A DNA stretch of 57,519 nucleotides, the filler included, from Asterionella formosa (taxonomy: Eukaryota), in the NCBI GenBank assembly GCA_002256025.1. It is 4 parts of 4 records of this genome, joined end to end, with 100 filler letters (N's around TTAATTAATTAA, not from the genome) between each part and the next. Parts side by side here need not be neighbours in the genome. Positions count along the whole stretch, not along the records: positions 14,413 to 28,723 come from NKIB01006076.1; positions 28,824 to 43,125 come from NKIB01006077.1; 2 more parts are not named here. The stretch is one strand, 5' to 3'. The position numbers and the translations under genes were made by a program. Below, piece by piece: positions 24,923 to 37,409 of this stretch (position 1 is its first letter; every line of letters begins with the position of its first letter). The notes under the pieces are model-generated. The model was not told the origin of the DNA. It saw only the letters and a list, made by a program, of their open reading frames with translations, and made no database searches.

Positions 24923-27900
24923 TTAATTCTTAACTTTCGTTTTCTTACTTCCAACGCCTTCATTCTTCGCCTTCTTATTATTAGCTCCACCTTTTCCTTT
25001 CCCCTTGAACATTGCTTGTAGTTTCTCTGTATCCACTTCTTCGCCTTCCTCCTCGTCGCTTTCAGACTCTAAAGCATCATCGTCAACAGCATCTAGGTCG
25101 GCTGGAGACTTCTCCTTCAGGTCCTTCTTCCTTGTTACCTTTCCAGTTCCTTGTTCTGTGACAAGAGCTTGACTTCTGTGGGAACCCTTGTTATATTCCC
25201 GAGTGAAGGCGGCCTTTTGTTTGCTGTCCAGACTTGCAAAGCTCTTGCTGCTCTGAAGCATCTTGAACTCTTCGAGAGTTTCGAAGACATCGTCGCGATC
25301 TAAGCCATACTCGTCCATAAGCTCGATTGCTTCGGTTGTCCTTGAGCCGTCCTCGTCAAACAGAAGAGTCACGAAACGATCCCGAAGCAGAGGCAGGTAA
25401 TTGAGACGGAGTTCTGTTATTCCGCCACTGATTTTGTAGTTCATGTGATAGGCAAGCTCTTGTAAGAGTCGATTCTTTCGTCCCCTCGACGAATTCTTTC
25501 CCATCCAGGCTGAAAACTCCGGAAAGCCAGGCAGGAAACCACCTTTCTCTCCACCAGCATGAAAACCTGTCTTCACAGCCAACATTCCGCTAAAGGGAAG
25601 GAGGCCCCAGTTCATATCACCACCTCGGATAGCCTGTTCGGCTACCGCATAGTCCGACATTGTTTCTGTGGCATCATGCATTCTCTCCAAAAATTTGAGA
25701 ACGTCATCGTCCCCGCCAAGCTTCGCCTCGTTGTGTTGGCTTATCATGACTTTGAGATAGTTCTGGTGAACATTGAGACCGATAAGGCTGTAGTCGACGA
25801 AAAATGCGTTGTTGCGTTTGTAAAAATTATCTAGGACAGTACTTGGATCTGCTCCTGCCAACCCGCGCGGTCCCTCAACAATCATCTTGGTTGCATCGAA
25901 AAGGGAAACTCGCAGGATTTCATCCTTATTAATTTGTGATCCTCGTTCCTTGACGTCTTTATAAGTCATTGTCAAGCCACCTCCAGACTGCTTCTTGTTG
26001 GACCACATTTGCATACAGTTGAGGACTTGACGAATATCGTTTCCACAAGATTCCGCGATAGCTTCAGCTGCATTTTGTTCAATTCTCATTCCCTCACTCT
26101 CTCCAACCTTTACAGCTCGGCGAGCAATCACTTGTTTCGTTGGCCGACGGTACCTCAAATCCATGCAATACGGCAGCAGAGACTTCATTTTCTGGGATTG
26201 TCGATCATTGCAAATACAAATAATGGGCACCATAGATTTCTTGATCATATGAATTAGTTCTGACATTCCACTTCGATCTCCTGCTCCCATTCCATCGACT
26301 TCGTCCATAATAATACAACGTAGTTTGATAGAAGCTTTCTTGTTTCCTTTGAGTTGGAAATTCAGCACTTGTGACCCTGTCACATCACCCATCGAGTCAG
26401 CCATAGCTTTCTTTGAACGAACATCGGACGCGTTGAATTCCAAAATATCACGACCCGCCTCCTTGGCAACGAGTGTGGCGGTGGTCGTCTTGCCTATGCC
26501 CGGAGGACCAGACAACAGTGCAGCCTTCCACGGACCACCAGGAGCGGAATATGTCTTGCCATGAGCGATTGGATTATTGAATGTATGCTCCCACTTATTC
26601 AGCCCTGTTAAGAAAGGAAACATACATCAGTGCCTCGACTCCGGGAATTGCAAAAAGGAAAAAGGAAACACTTACAAGTAGCAAGCTTCTTAACTGATTC
26701 TCCGTTTCCAAGAATTTCACGGGTATCTCGTGGAGCATACTTGTCAGCCCACAAACTCGAACAATCGATGGGACACCCCGAGGGCCCCGTAAGTGAAACA
26801 GCAGACGTACTGGAAGGCGCTGAATCTTTTGTATAGGAATTTTTCTTTTGCGTGTCAGCGGTGGCATATGGATTGCTAAGAACTTTCTTAGCATAAGGGT
26901 TTGACGGAGCTTTCTTGGCATAAGGGTTGGAAATAATCGCCTTCGATGTTGTTGATTGGCTGTCTTGGTGAGACGTGGAAGTGTCGACAGTTGCTTGGCT
27001 ATGCTCAATGGATGACGACTGGCTTTCGGTAGGTGCCTCGTTCGTTGCCATCGGCGGTAGACCCCCTTTCTCGCGGGCCTGGTCGTCATACAATTTGCAA
27101 AGCCCATAAAGTTCTTCGGCGCCTTTGACAATTGATATATTCTTAAGCTCCAACGCCTTTTGATATTTGGTCCCTTCTGCGTAAGGACGCCCATCTTCGA
27201 GTGTTTCACCGACGACCAAGTAATTTGTCTTCCCAGAGACTGCTCCAGTGACCCGTCCACCCAAGGTCTTGACCAAGTCTATCGACTCTTCGCGAGAGAG
27301 ATTCTCTAGGATTCCAGAGAACACAAATGTCCATCCAGCCATGCATTCAGAAACAGCCTTGCTGGTATCGAACGAATTTATTTTTAAGCTAGGAAGGATA
27401 GGCTGCTCCCTCTGGATAGGATCCTTTTTTACCGAGGACTTCGTGGTGGCTTGCTTCTTTACTGGGGGTGTCTTGGCAGCGGATGGCTTCGTCGCTTTCG
27501 ATAACTTTTTTTCTGGGGTGAAAATTTCATTTTCACGAATACGCTTCTTCGACGCCGATGTGGGAGTTGATGTCGTTGCCTTGGTGCTAGTTTTCGACAA
27601 AATGAAATCTTCATCACTTGCGTCCTCAGAGTCGTCAACGATGATTTTCTTAGCTTTTTTGGCAGGACGCTTAACTAGTTCCTCGGCGTGTTCTTCATCT
27701 TGACTGATAACGCTCCCTTTCGTATTTTTCTTTGCAGTGCTCTTTCTTGTTGTTTGGTTCTTTTTGGAGGACGACGGTGAGGAGGCGAAGAACGCCTCGG
27801 AGGATACTTTAATTCTGCCAGTTTCCTTCCTCTTTGGTTCGGCTTTCTTTGCTTTTGCTTTTACTGGGGGAGTCTTTGGCAGTACTGGCTCACTTCCCGT

Positions 27901-28053
27901 GGTCACATCAGTGTCATCGCCATCGTTGATGGTGATTAGAGATTCCTTGGTAGTCTTCTTGCTGGCCGTGCCCTTGGCATCATTGGCAATGGCAATGGCA
28001 ACAGGCTTTCCCGCAGGCTTCTTCTTTCCGCCGAAAAAGTTGCGAATGTCCAT
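24923..28053 (-). CDS. RFC1: Replication factor C subunit 1 (2 exons)
   Basis: BRCT domain (TFVFSGILENLSREE...GGRVTGAVSGKTNYLVVG), LWADKYAP, Walker A GPPGIGKT, EFNASDVRS, Walker B IIMDEVDGM, and C-terminal KAAFTREYNK. Intron 26675-26605 restores KKLATWLNKW. Confidence 0.97.
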
Positions 28054-28723
28054 CGGCCCTTGCTCTCGTTTTAATTAATTGACGTTACTTGTGTTCACTG
28101 TGGTATGCTTAAAGTAGAAGTACCTGCCACCGGCTACGGCAATGGGGGAGAATCTTGTAAAAAATGTATAATAGCAGAGCGTGAATAATAATTTCTTGTG
28201 TCCTGGAGGCAACAATATGATCCCTATTACCCACATATTCTATGTACTACATATGTACCAGGTATCAGGTAGACTAGTCTACCCTAATGGGTAAAAGGGA
28301 ATTGCAGCAACAAAATACCAGTATACAAATTTCGGGTATTGCTTTACCACTACACATTAAAAAAATACTCCAGCAACATTGATGATAGAATTAAATGTCA
28401 TCTCATTCAAAATACTCTACCGACAGAGTAGTCCGTCGTATTTGTGGTATGATGAGCAGGACCGGTACCAGGTACCCAGGTACCAGGTACCCTGGTGACA
28501 GACCATACCCTGTACCTTCCTGGTGGCAGGACTGCGAAAATGGCGCGCCCATCAATTCCAGTTTTGGTCGAATGAGTCAGGAGATAGGTGTAAGCAAGCA
28601 AAGACGAGCAGTGCTAATGTGGTGACCAAAAAATATGAACCGGTTATAGCCAGCAAAGCAATTCATATACTGGTAGCATGGTCTACCGTTATAGAACTCA
28701 ACCTGGTAGAGTACCAGGTACCA

Positions 28724-28823
28724 NNNNNNNNNNNNNNNNNNNNNNNNNNNNNNNNNNNNNNNNNNNNTTAATTAATTAANNNNNNNNNNNNNNNNNNNNN
28801 NNNNNNNNNNNNNNNNNNNNNNN
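28724..28823. other. Artificial contig linker
   Basis: N...TTAATTAATTAA...N. Confidence 0.95.
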
Positions 28824-30837
28824 GAAAATTCTAAATTCACCATGGAGCCAGTTTTGTTTTCTCTTGGGATTTTCCGTACAACTGTAAGGAACAAAGTCAT
28901 TGCTTGGCGCCCCCTTGGTCTAATACCAAAACTTGATGGTCAGAGTCTTGCATTGAACAAAAATATGACTGCCGACGATAAGTGCAAGGATTATCACACA
29001 ATTTTGGCAATTATATTGTCGGGAGTTCAAGAGACTCAGAAATCTGGTGGCTTCAAGTATAATTTCAATTTCCATGGCAAACAGCATAGCCTGGTTGTAA
29101 AGGTACCGGTCGGGTTGGTGCTTGGCGATGCGGAAGGATTGGACAATCAGTGTGGGAGGATTAAATATTACCTGAAAACTTTTCGTCTCTGTCGGGAATG
29201 TGATTGTTCATACGACAAATTAGATAAACCATCAATCAAATGCTCTCCAGTAGGGCAAGTGGGTTATGCTGCCCTATTAGGAATGAACGACAAAACACTA
29301 ATGGATGCCGTGTCACAACGTTTTATTACACCTTGCTGGTATGCGCTGGATTTTGGTGGAGATCCATTGGGAATCAATGGCCATTGCCCTCCTGAAAAGT
29401 TGCACTCAATACATGAGGGAATGATGCTTTATCTCATTCTTCTGTTCACGGTAAAGTTCGGCACTGTTACCTCTGCTCAGGGGTTGAAAAATAGAACCGC
29501 TTTTGATACATTATTCATAAAAGTGTCAAAGATGATGCAACATCAAAGCGATTGGGATATGCCAAGGTGCAATTTTCATGGTGGATTCCATGGATGTTGT
29601 CCAAAGATTACAGGAAATGAAACCGTTGGAGTAATGCTTGTTGCTTGTTTGGTAATGGCTACAGACGCCGGAATGAAGCTTTGCAAGGATGAGGTTGGAA
29701 TGTCAATGCAGGAAATAAAAGACATCCAAATGATTTTCGAGGGCATGGTTTGTTATAATTCCAGGTTCAGCCAAGAAAGTTATGACGTACATCGATTGAT
29801 GGAAATTGATTGTCGATCCATTGTCAAGTACTACACAAAATTAGTCAAGATTTTCCCAAGAGAAACGACAGAGCAAGGCTGGAAAATGACAAAGTTTCAT
29901 CAGCAGATGCATACTGTCCGAAATATCGAACGGTTTGGCAGTCCGCAAGTTTTCAATAGGGGACCAATGGAAAAGAATTTGAAATTCCTTTGCAAGCAAG
30001 CTACCAGCTAAAACATCTCAAAAACGAAATCACCTAATGGACCTTCAATCTGGACAACGAATTATCGAAAACATTGCCATAGGTGTTGCATGTCGGGAAT
30101 TTTTGGGAAGAGATCCTTTTGAACATGACGATACAGATTCGCTCGCTGATGATGGTACTACTAATGAAACACCAAGCACTGGGACTGACAGTATAAGCAC
30201 ATCTACAGGTGGTGCACGCTTTATCTTAAAGTTACAGGAAAATAATGGTGGATTCGCTATTGCCTCTGTCACTTCCAATTCGGCGACTATAAAGACATCA
30301 GGAGTTGACATTGATTTAATTCGATTTCTAGGAAAGGAAGTGCTTCCCTTCATAACCAAAAAGTCAATTGAGGTCCTGTGTGAACACAAACGAGATGGAA
30401 ATAATTTCCATGCCCATCCCAATTATTTGGGACAGGGGTCTTGGTATGATTGGGCCGACTTCAAATGTATAGATGAGGAAAGTGGTATACCTTACATAGT
30501 ATTGGGGAAAATCTTTGGTTTTGTATTGCTTGGGCCTGAATTTGATTTTACTTATCCACGATTGTGTGCATCACTCCGCAACGAAACAACTGGAATCTTT
30601 GCGATTGTGAACTCATGTGAGGATCCAAGTGAGAGTTTATTTAATAGCCGTCGTTCTAAAATGTTTGAGATCGCTCACCTGATGGGTTATGAATCAGGAA
30701 AGAGAAAACAGCTCATGTTTGTTACAGTCGATTGTATTTCTGCTCCTGCTGTTGTTGTCCCTAATATTGGAGGAATACCTGGGTCGGTATTACAAGTTAA
30801 ACCTCAGCATACTTGGCCATCTTTTTTCTCATTTTGA
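28824..30837 (+). mobile_element. Plavaka/CMC-like DDE transposase (5' end lost in the gap; one frameshift)
   Basis: Motifs WRPLGLIP, YHTILAIIL, LVLGDAEG..NQCGR, CRECDC, PEKLHSIHEG, KFHQQMH...IERFGSP..FNRGPME and FHAHPNY...SWYDWA. Removing a duplicated 4-mer at about 29993-30000 restores CKLPAKTSQKR. Confidence 0.8.
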
Positions 30838-30995
30838 GATTCGAGATATGCATGCACACAACACAGCAGTTCTAGTTATTTCTTTTAATATATATATTGG
30901 CTACCGGTAGCTATATGTATGAACGTCATAATGTCAATCCCCACATTGAATTTGTAGACAGTAATTTCTTCTTGATTCGTGCACCTTATTCAATC

Positions 30996-31412
30996 ATGAG
31001 TGCCTCCCGAACCCCCAACGCGTTGTCTGCTCGGAATGAAGATGAAGACCTTTCTCTGGAGACGAGTGATCTCGTTTCCGTATTGAAGGGTAATTATTAT
31101 GGTGAAATTGGCCAGTTTGTATGCTACACAAAGGCCAAAGTGTTGGTCAATGTGTACGACAGGGTCTCCAATAAATGAGTTCTCGACCATGCCCGGAAGC
31201 CTTCCGAAATCAAGAAAATCGTTCCTTGGGACAATACTTCTCCTTTACCTGAATACTTCGAATCCATTTTGGAGGATGAGGTCTGGATTGAGATCAAGAT
31301 TGATCAGATTGCTGCACAGTTTGTTGCTCGTGGTCTAAATCACGAATCGCCCATTCTCTCGATTATTTTCGTGATCGTCTGTATGCCGCACAACTTGAGT
31401 GTACAGAAGTAA
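30996..31412 (+). pseudogene. Small KOW-motif ORF with one internal stop (transposon passenger)
   Basis: SDLVSVLKGNYYGEIGQFVCYTKAKVLVNV resembles the KOW consensus. The frame continues past TGA 31176-31178 to 31412. Confidence 0.55.
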
Positions 31413-31743
31413 GCGACCGCGTGTTAGCCGCAACTCTTGCTTCAGAAGAGGCAGAATAGTATTAATAATTAGTTGTCCTACCGGTACTTCAAAATTGAAT
31501 ACCAATTCTTTGTTGTTTGTAGTCAAAGAATATATTATATCGGTAAGTATAAAATATAACTCAATGCATTGAGTTACCGGTAACACATTTGCCCCATTTT
31601 ACTGAATCCATTTCTTCTTGATTCCCATATGGTTATATTGCATGATCACTTAGTAGTACTAGTACCGTAATAGCAGTGATATCTGTTATGTTGTAAATTC
31701 TGTGACATATCATCATGCAAAATAATATAACCGACAAGCAACA

Positions 31744-33159
31744 ATGGTGATCTCGAACAGCCTACGTGCATCCCGAATTGGAAGAATGATCCCCATTCTT
31801 CCAGTTCCACTTCCTGAGAACACATTTCGGATTGGGGGGTTGTGGTTAAATAGAGACTTCGAGTACTGCTTGATAAGCATCGTGACCACACTCACCGTCT
31901 TTTACTTCGTCATTTCCTACAAGGTCATGTCGAAGATACCGTGAATGCGGATCTTGCTTGATAGTTTATTGGACGTCATGTTTAGGAGACTGGAGTCAGT
32001 GAATTCTTCAAATTTCATTAAAAAGAAGGGTGGAAAGAAGATTGGATGGCATGCACTTGTTATTGATCATAGCAATGTCAAGTTTGCTAGAAGCTTTGTT
32101 GATGAGGTTCGGCCTTCGAACCAATGTGACCGCATTAAACATCTCAACATTTTCTTACCAAAAGTTGCAGACACGATGAAAACTGTTCATTTGATTATTT
32201 ATGATGATTTCATGCTACAGATTGAAGGGACTCTATCTTCCAAGATATTTTTGTTGAATTTGTCTTTCCTCCCGGACCAATTTTTCGGAACAAAAGATTG
32301 TCCTTTTCTTGACCTGGGCTTTAAACAAATTTTGGGGCAACTCAGAAATGACGAGGCTACCAATTCACTCATCAAGAACACATTCGGTTCTAAAACTATA
32401 CTCTGTCGTGATTGCTATTGGCAAATGACAGGCAAGGTTATGTCATTGATTGCCTATGGAGCATTCAATGACAAGATGGTGATCTCGAATACATTACTTT
32501 CCAACAACATCGACATGTTTTGGAAAACTTTTTCTATGTTCATTCCCGGTTCTGTGCTGCAATCACTTGCAAGTGACGCAACATATGTCAGGAAGAGTAT
32601 GCCTCACACCTGTACATTGTTGCACACTGCTGTAAATCACTCTAATGTTCCTCAGGAGCCACATTTTGACTATCAGCATGCAGAACTGGTAGTCAATGAC
32701 TTCGAAAAGTGCCTTCCTTGGGGATTGGATATGTCCCTAGGTGCTGGTGGTTTCTCTATAAATGTCTGGGATGGCGAGTCATTTGAGTCTAACCTCATTT
32801 TAGATGGAAAAGTTAAATGTAAAGCAGAATTCAAGTAACATGCCATGGAACATGTAAACCAACATGCAATGCTTCTTCGCATTCCCTTCAAGTACATCTT
32901 CTTAATGCGAGGTGATACGGTTAATGCAGGTGCTATGGATAATCACCTAACCAATGGTGCATTGAGACTTCACATGTATTTGTCGCCTGGTTCCACTCCA
33001 GAGCAAAACTCAGTTGCTATTTGCAAAAGATTCGGAAATGCCATTAACACAAAAGCAAATGGTACGGAGTGTATCCCTCCATCACTAGTTTTGTTTTGCT
33101 TGATTCCTATGGGGAAAGATGGAAGTAAGAATTTTTATTTACTCATAAATAGTTACTAA
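31744..33159 (+). pseudogene. 2-oxoglutarate/Fe(II)-dependent dioxygenase-like ORF, interrupted
   Basis: Three ORF-track pieces share one frame (stops at 31942 and 32836). QEPHFD (HxD at 32662-32670), IFLMRGDTVNAG (distal His position is AAT, one base from CAT) and LRLHMYL. Confidence 0.7.
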
Positions 33160-33228
33160 CAAAATGGTTATTTGTTTTTAATCAAGTACAGCCATTTGCA
33201 AATAACCGCTGGTGTCGTTTCTTTGCTC

Positions 33229-33453
33229 CATCGACCAAGTCGGACAGAAGTGTCATGTTTTTGACAAGTCTCGTCGTTCCAACCACTCCTCATATTCGAA
33301 ACCGTTTGATTCGTCATTGTGGCAAGTTTTGTTGTGTTGCGCAGGAAGTCACAAATAGGCGGGAGACATCCATCGACCAAGTCGGACAGAAGTGTCAGGT
33401 CAGTTCTTGTCATGTCTCTTCGTTCCAACTCCTCTTATTCGAAACCGTTTGAT
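33229..33453. repeat. Imperfect tandem duplication, about 142 bp period
   Basis: CATCGACCAAGTCGGACAGAAGTGTCA at about 33229 and 33371; TATTCGAAACCGTTTGAT at about 33293 and 33436. Confidence 0.8.
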
Positions 33454-34001
33454 ACGGCGGGATACAACCTTCCTCGCTGATTCCCAAGTCCAATGGTACC
33501 ACCAGAATGCAGCAAAGTTTTCTTCCCATTCATGATCCTTGGGACTTCGTCATGTTGAGGCATTCTACCCCCTGCTCCATAACCACAGCCACCCTGTCGT
33601 GGGCCGTTGCAACGCACGATAATGGGTGATGCACCAAATTTTTACGGTATAATAGATTCCAGCGCTTTGACTTTCACAGCCTCTCTACAGAGCTGCGACA
33701 GAAAATAATAGGGAAAAACATATTACCACCATAACCGTAGGTGCTACTTAAAGGTGCTGAAAAAAGACGTAGACGTACTACCTGGTACCGGTAGTAACTC
33801 GTCAGCCTGGCTAGTAATTATCGCGCCAGTTAAATTCATAAAAGCAATATTATGATAACTAGCTACCGGGTAGGTATGCCGTGCATCAACACATCACGAG
33901 CATTGATTGTCTCCAATAGTACTTAGAAGTGCTGTCACTAGTAGCAGATCACAATGATTTTGTTGTTTTAACAAAGTAAGATATTTCGCCAAACCACCAC
34001 C

Positions 34002-35129
34002 ATGTGGGCTAATCAACACAATTCTGCATCGTTGTCTGAAACAGACTCCGTACCAGACAATCCTATATCGGATGGATACGACGATTATCAACTTGAGGAG
34101 TATAATGAATCGGAAGAGAGTGTCAAAGGAGATGGGAGGTTGACGGCTGAACAAGAAAGAGATAAACTCCAAATTCTATTGTCTGAGAGTACACAGGAAA
34201 TCAAGCGCCTTCGTGAATTAGCAGCTGAAAACAACCGTTTAACAATTGGAGTAGTAGGTGGAATTGGCCGGTGCAAACATTGGACAAACCTTCTGGCTAG
34301 CTGGGTCAGAGAGGAATTGTTTCCAAAAGTTAAATTCGTCACAGGTGATTATGATTTGGAAATTAGGGAACCCGACAGCATTGCTGGTGCTGTTTGTTAT
34401 CATTTCCCATCACTCAGAAATTGTACTGACGAAGAGTTTGAATCATTTTGGTTCACATAGTATAAGTGTGACAACAACAAAATTATGTCTGAAAAAATGA
34501 ATGCTGTTTCAACATCAATCAGAAAGGGTTTCAAAAGTAAGTGCAAAATGAGGTGTCGTGCTTGCTGTTGCCTTCCTTTTCCAAACAATACTTAATTATA
34601 AAAACAGGAATGGTTGAGAATGGAAAGTTACAGTTCCTTTCCCGGAATACGATTGTTCAGTCCAGGACAGAACCACCAGATGTTGGTAAAGTTGAAGAGC
34701 ATCCCATCATTTTTATTATTCTAGTGAATTACATTTTTTCTCGGGTAGTGAAGTATGGTGATTATGCTAGCCAAAAACACAAAAAATATGACCTCCATCA
34801 TGACTGTATCGGATGAAGCATATGCCTTACTTGTCTTAGAAAATAGTTGGGATGTATGGACCCAGAACTATACAACTGGGGATACTGGTAATGAAATTGC
34901 TGGCAGTGATGGTGGTTCAGGTGTTTTGGTGAAATGCCTCTATACAAACCATGGAGGAGTTGGCAAACGGTATGGAGGGTGAGAAACAAAGGGTTATGCA
35001 AGGTTCAATACAATTTATGATCAAGTCGAGCACCTACGTGAGTCTGCAAACAGCATTGCTTTGGAGTCTATGTTCATGAATATGCAAAAGAAGGATACAA
35101 ATGTTACCAAAATGGGAGGTAAGAAATGA
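34002..35129 (+). pseudogene. Transposon accessory ORF (TVSDEAYALLVLENSW type), spliced and interrupted
   Basis: VREELFPKVKF, stop at 34458, intron 34537-34607 (GTAAGT...CAG), poly-A frameshift near 34785, then TVSDEAYALLVLENSWDVW...LYT...YGG*ETKGYARFNTIYDQV. Confidence 0.65.
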
Positions 35130-35216
35130 ATTGTTATTATTAATATTAGTATTATTCTCATGTACTAGCTAGCACTAATGTAATCACAATTCCAATGTGG
35201 GTAAGTTCTTGCTTAT

Positions 35217-35995
35217 ATGCCACCTGTGATTAGGGTACGAAACGACCTGGGTAAGGCAAAAACTCCAAGTACCGCTAGTATCCCTTCCACAGCCTCTTCA
35301 ATTAGCGATCTTTCGGGCACTTCACCAGCAACTGAAAGAAGCAGCACCCCCTTACTAAGAAATCCAATTCGTGTTTATGGTTCTTTCCCACGGCCACCCA
35401 ATGTGGCCTCGCTTCCAACAATGGAAGGAAATGTGACACCATCAGAAAATGAACTTAATGGAATGTCAGGAAGTTCTATTAAAAGCTTATCGAATCGCTT
35501 AAAAAGTTCGACTAAAACAGCCACTACTTTGAACCAGGTGTAAGTTAACTGAAAATCATCGTTGGACAAGGATTTCATGAATTGTAAGCGCCAAGGAATG
35601 GCTATTCTGGTTATGGAAGCCATGACAAAATGTATGGAACGTCATTACCTGACAGTTCCCAAAGAACACCAAGAGATGTTAAAGGCAAACAACAACTATA
35701 AAGCATCCTACCAGATGACTATGGAGGATCTCCATGACAGTGACATTCCTGAGTATAGGCGACTCGAGAAAAAAAATTCAAGAAATATTTCATTGAGTGC
35801 TATGCTGAGACATCGGGCAATTTCTCTGCTTTCAATATAAGGGAACGAGCTTGCCATACTGAGGAGCTGAACAGAAAATATGCTGCTGCAAGAGAAGAAA
35901 ATGTTCATCTACCTTATGAACATTACCTTACTATGGGTAGTAGTGTTCGGAGAAATATGATGCAGTTTGAAGGAGAAATGGAAGAGATCTAACCG
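35217..35995 (+). pseudogene. Additional interrupted ORF with Ser/Thr/Pro-rich N-terminus
   Basis: ORFs 35217-35543 and 35562-35840 are in the same frame and continue past single-codon stops. Confidence 0.45.
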
Positions 35996-36964
35996 TGACA
36001 CATATACCTAGCTGTTAGTGAATGATAACTAATTTCGTATCTATGAAACAATGCATTTGCAGAGGATGTTATTTCTATATATCTCCAACGTCTGCGCGTC
36101 CTGCCAATATCTACTCATTACCTCAATCGTTTCGACTGGTGGTATCGAGTAAAACATTTGCGAGAATGAATGGATCGATGGGATATTGATCACAAACAGG
36201 AAGAAATATAATTTTTCGTGAGTGGTGGTACTAGCTAGTACTATACTAGTACATCTAGTAGTTGCTCGTTGCCTGTATTATTCTAGGCAAAAACTGATGA
36301 GCTTTCACCTTTTATCACTTAATTGCATCATTGAATGAAAATCAAGGAGTGTCTACTACTGTACTGATGTGGTACATATATATAAAATACGTATCATGAA
36401 AAGGCACAATGGCTGATAGTCAGCTAGTAGTAGGAGTAACAATATGCTATTCTATCAATTCACGCTTGTAGATACAGAATTTGGACCGGAAGAAACATTA
36501 CATTTAGCAAGACCGCGCCGGTGTTTTCTGGTAGAAAGTACGTTGTTGTGGTACAACGAGAGAATCCAGGCCGCGCCAGGAGTTTTGCCACACAGCAGGA
36601 GGGTCCACAAACACAAAAATTAGCATGGTGAAAAAGTAAGCAATCAATGCGGCCAACAGCCAATCACCCCCTACTGGCTCTTCAGCAGCTAGATTTACAT
36701 GTTTTTGTTGTGTATCTAAATGCTAGTATGGCTTGTCAGCTCACGCATTGTTGTTGATAACAGGCACGGACAATGAGGTCCGGAATGAAAGTTGTTCTGG
36801 TAAGATTACTGCGCTATTTTGACGACTATATGAGCAACGCTACTGATAACTCACACTGATCTTCCTCTACATTCAATTGACATTGCAGCAAAACCTTTCA
36901 GTGCAGGAGCATTCGCATGCCGTTCCGAATGAGCAGGCTTTATTTCATTAATGAAACTCTTTAA

Positions 36965-37405
36965 TTTAGTTGAATTACCTGCAGTAAAATAGTTGAACAA
37001 CCTTCAGAAAAATAGTGGAATTGCCTTCAGATAATTAGTTGAACAACCTTGTGATAATTAGTTGAATGAACTCCAGAAAATTACGTAAACAAATTTTACA
37101 TATTAAGTGAACTTTATTCTAGAATAATGTGAACGAAATTATAAGGCAATGTGAACTAAATTACAGAATTACGTGAAGTATTTCAAATAATTACTTGATG
37201 TATTTCAAATAATTACGTGAAGGTGATGACGTAATATAGTGATGATCAGGAATGCATGCATGATACTTTGATAAATATTTAACGTGATGTATTCAGATAA
37301 TATATAGATATATTCAACTACGTATTTGGATGTATTCAACTAATTCATGTGATGCATTCAACATCAACTAGGCTTATTTATGTGATGGTCACTTCACGTA
37401 ATACA
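36965..37405. repeat. Array of short (about 22 bp) degenerate repeats with a partly inverted right portion
   Basis: TAGTTGAA and TTACGTGAA units on the left; TTCAACTA and TTCACGTAA on the right. Confidence 0.7.
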
Positions 37406-37409
37406 TGGC

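Noticed and set aside
31744..33159. Calling the dioxygenase a TET/JBP enzyme
   Set aside because: Only generic HxD...H...R features are visible; family-specific motifs could not be confirmed without a profile search.
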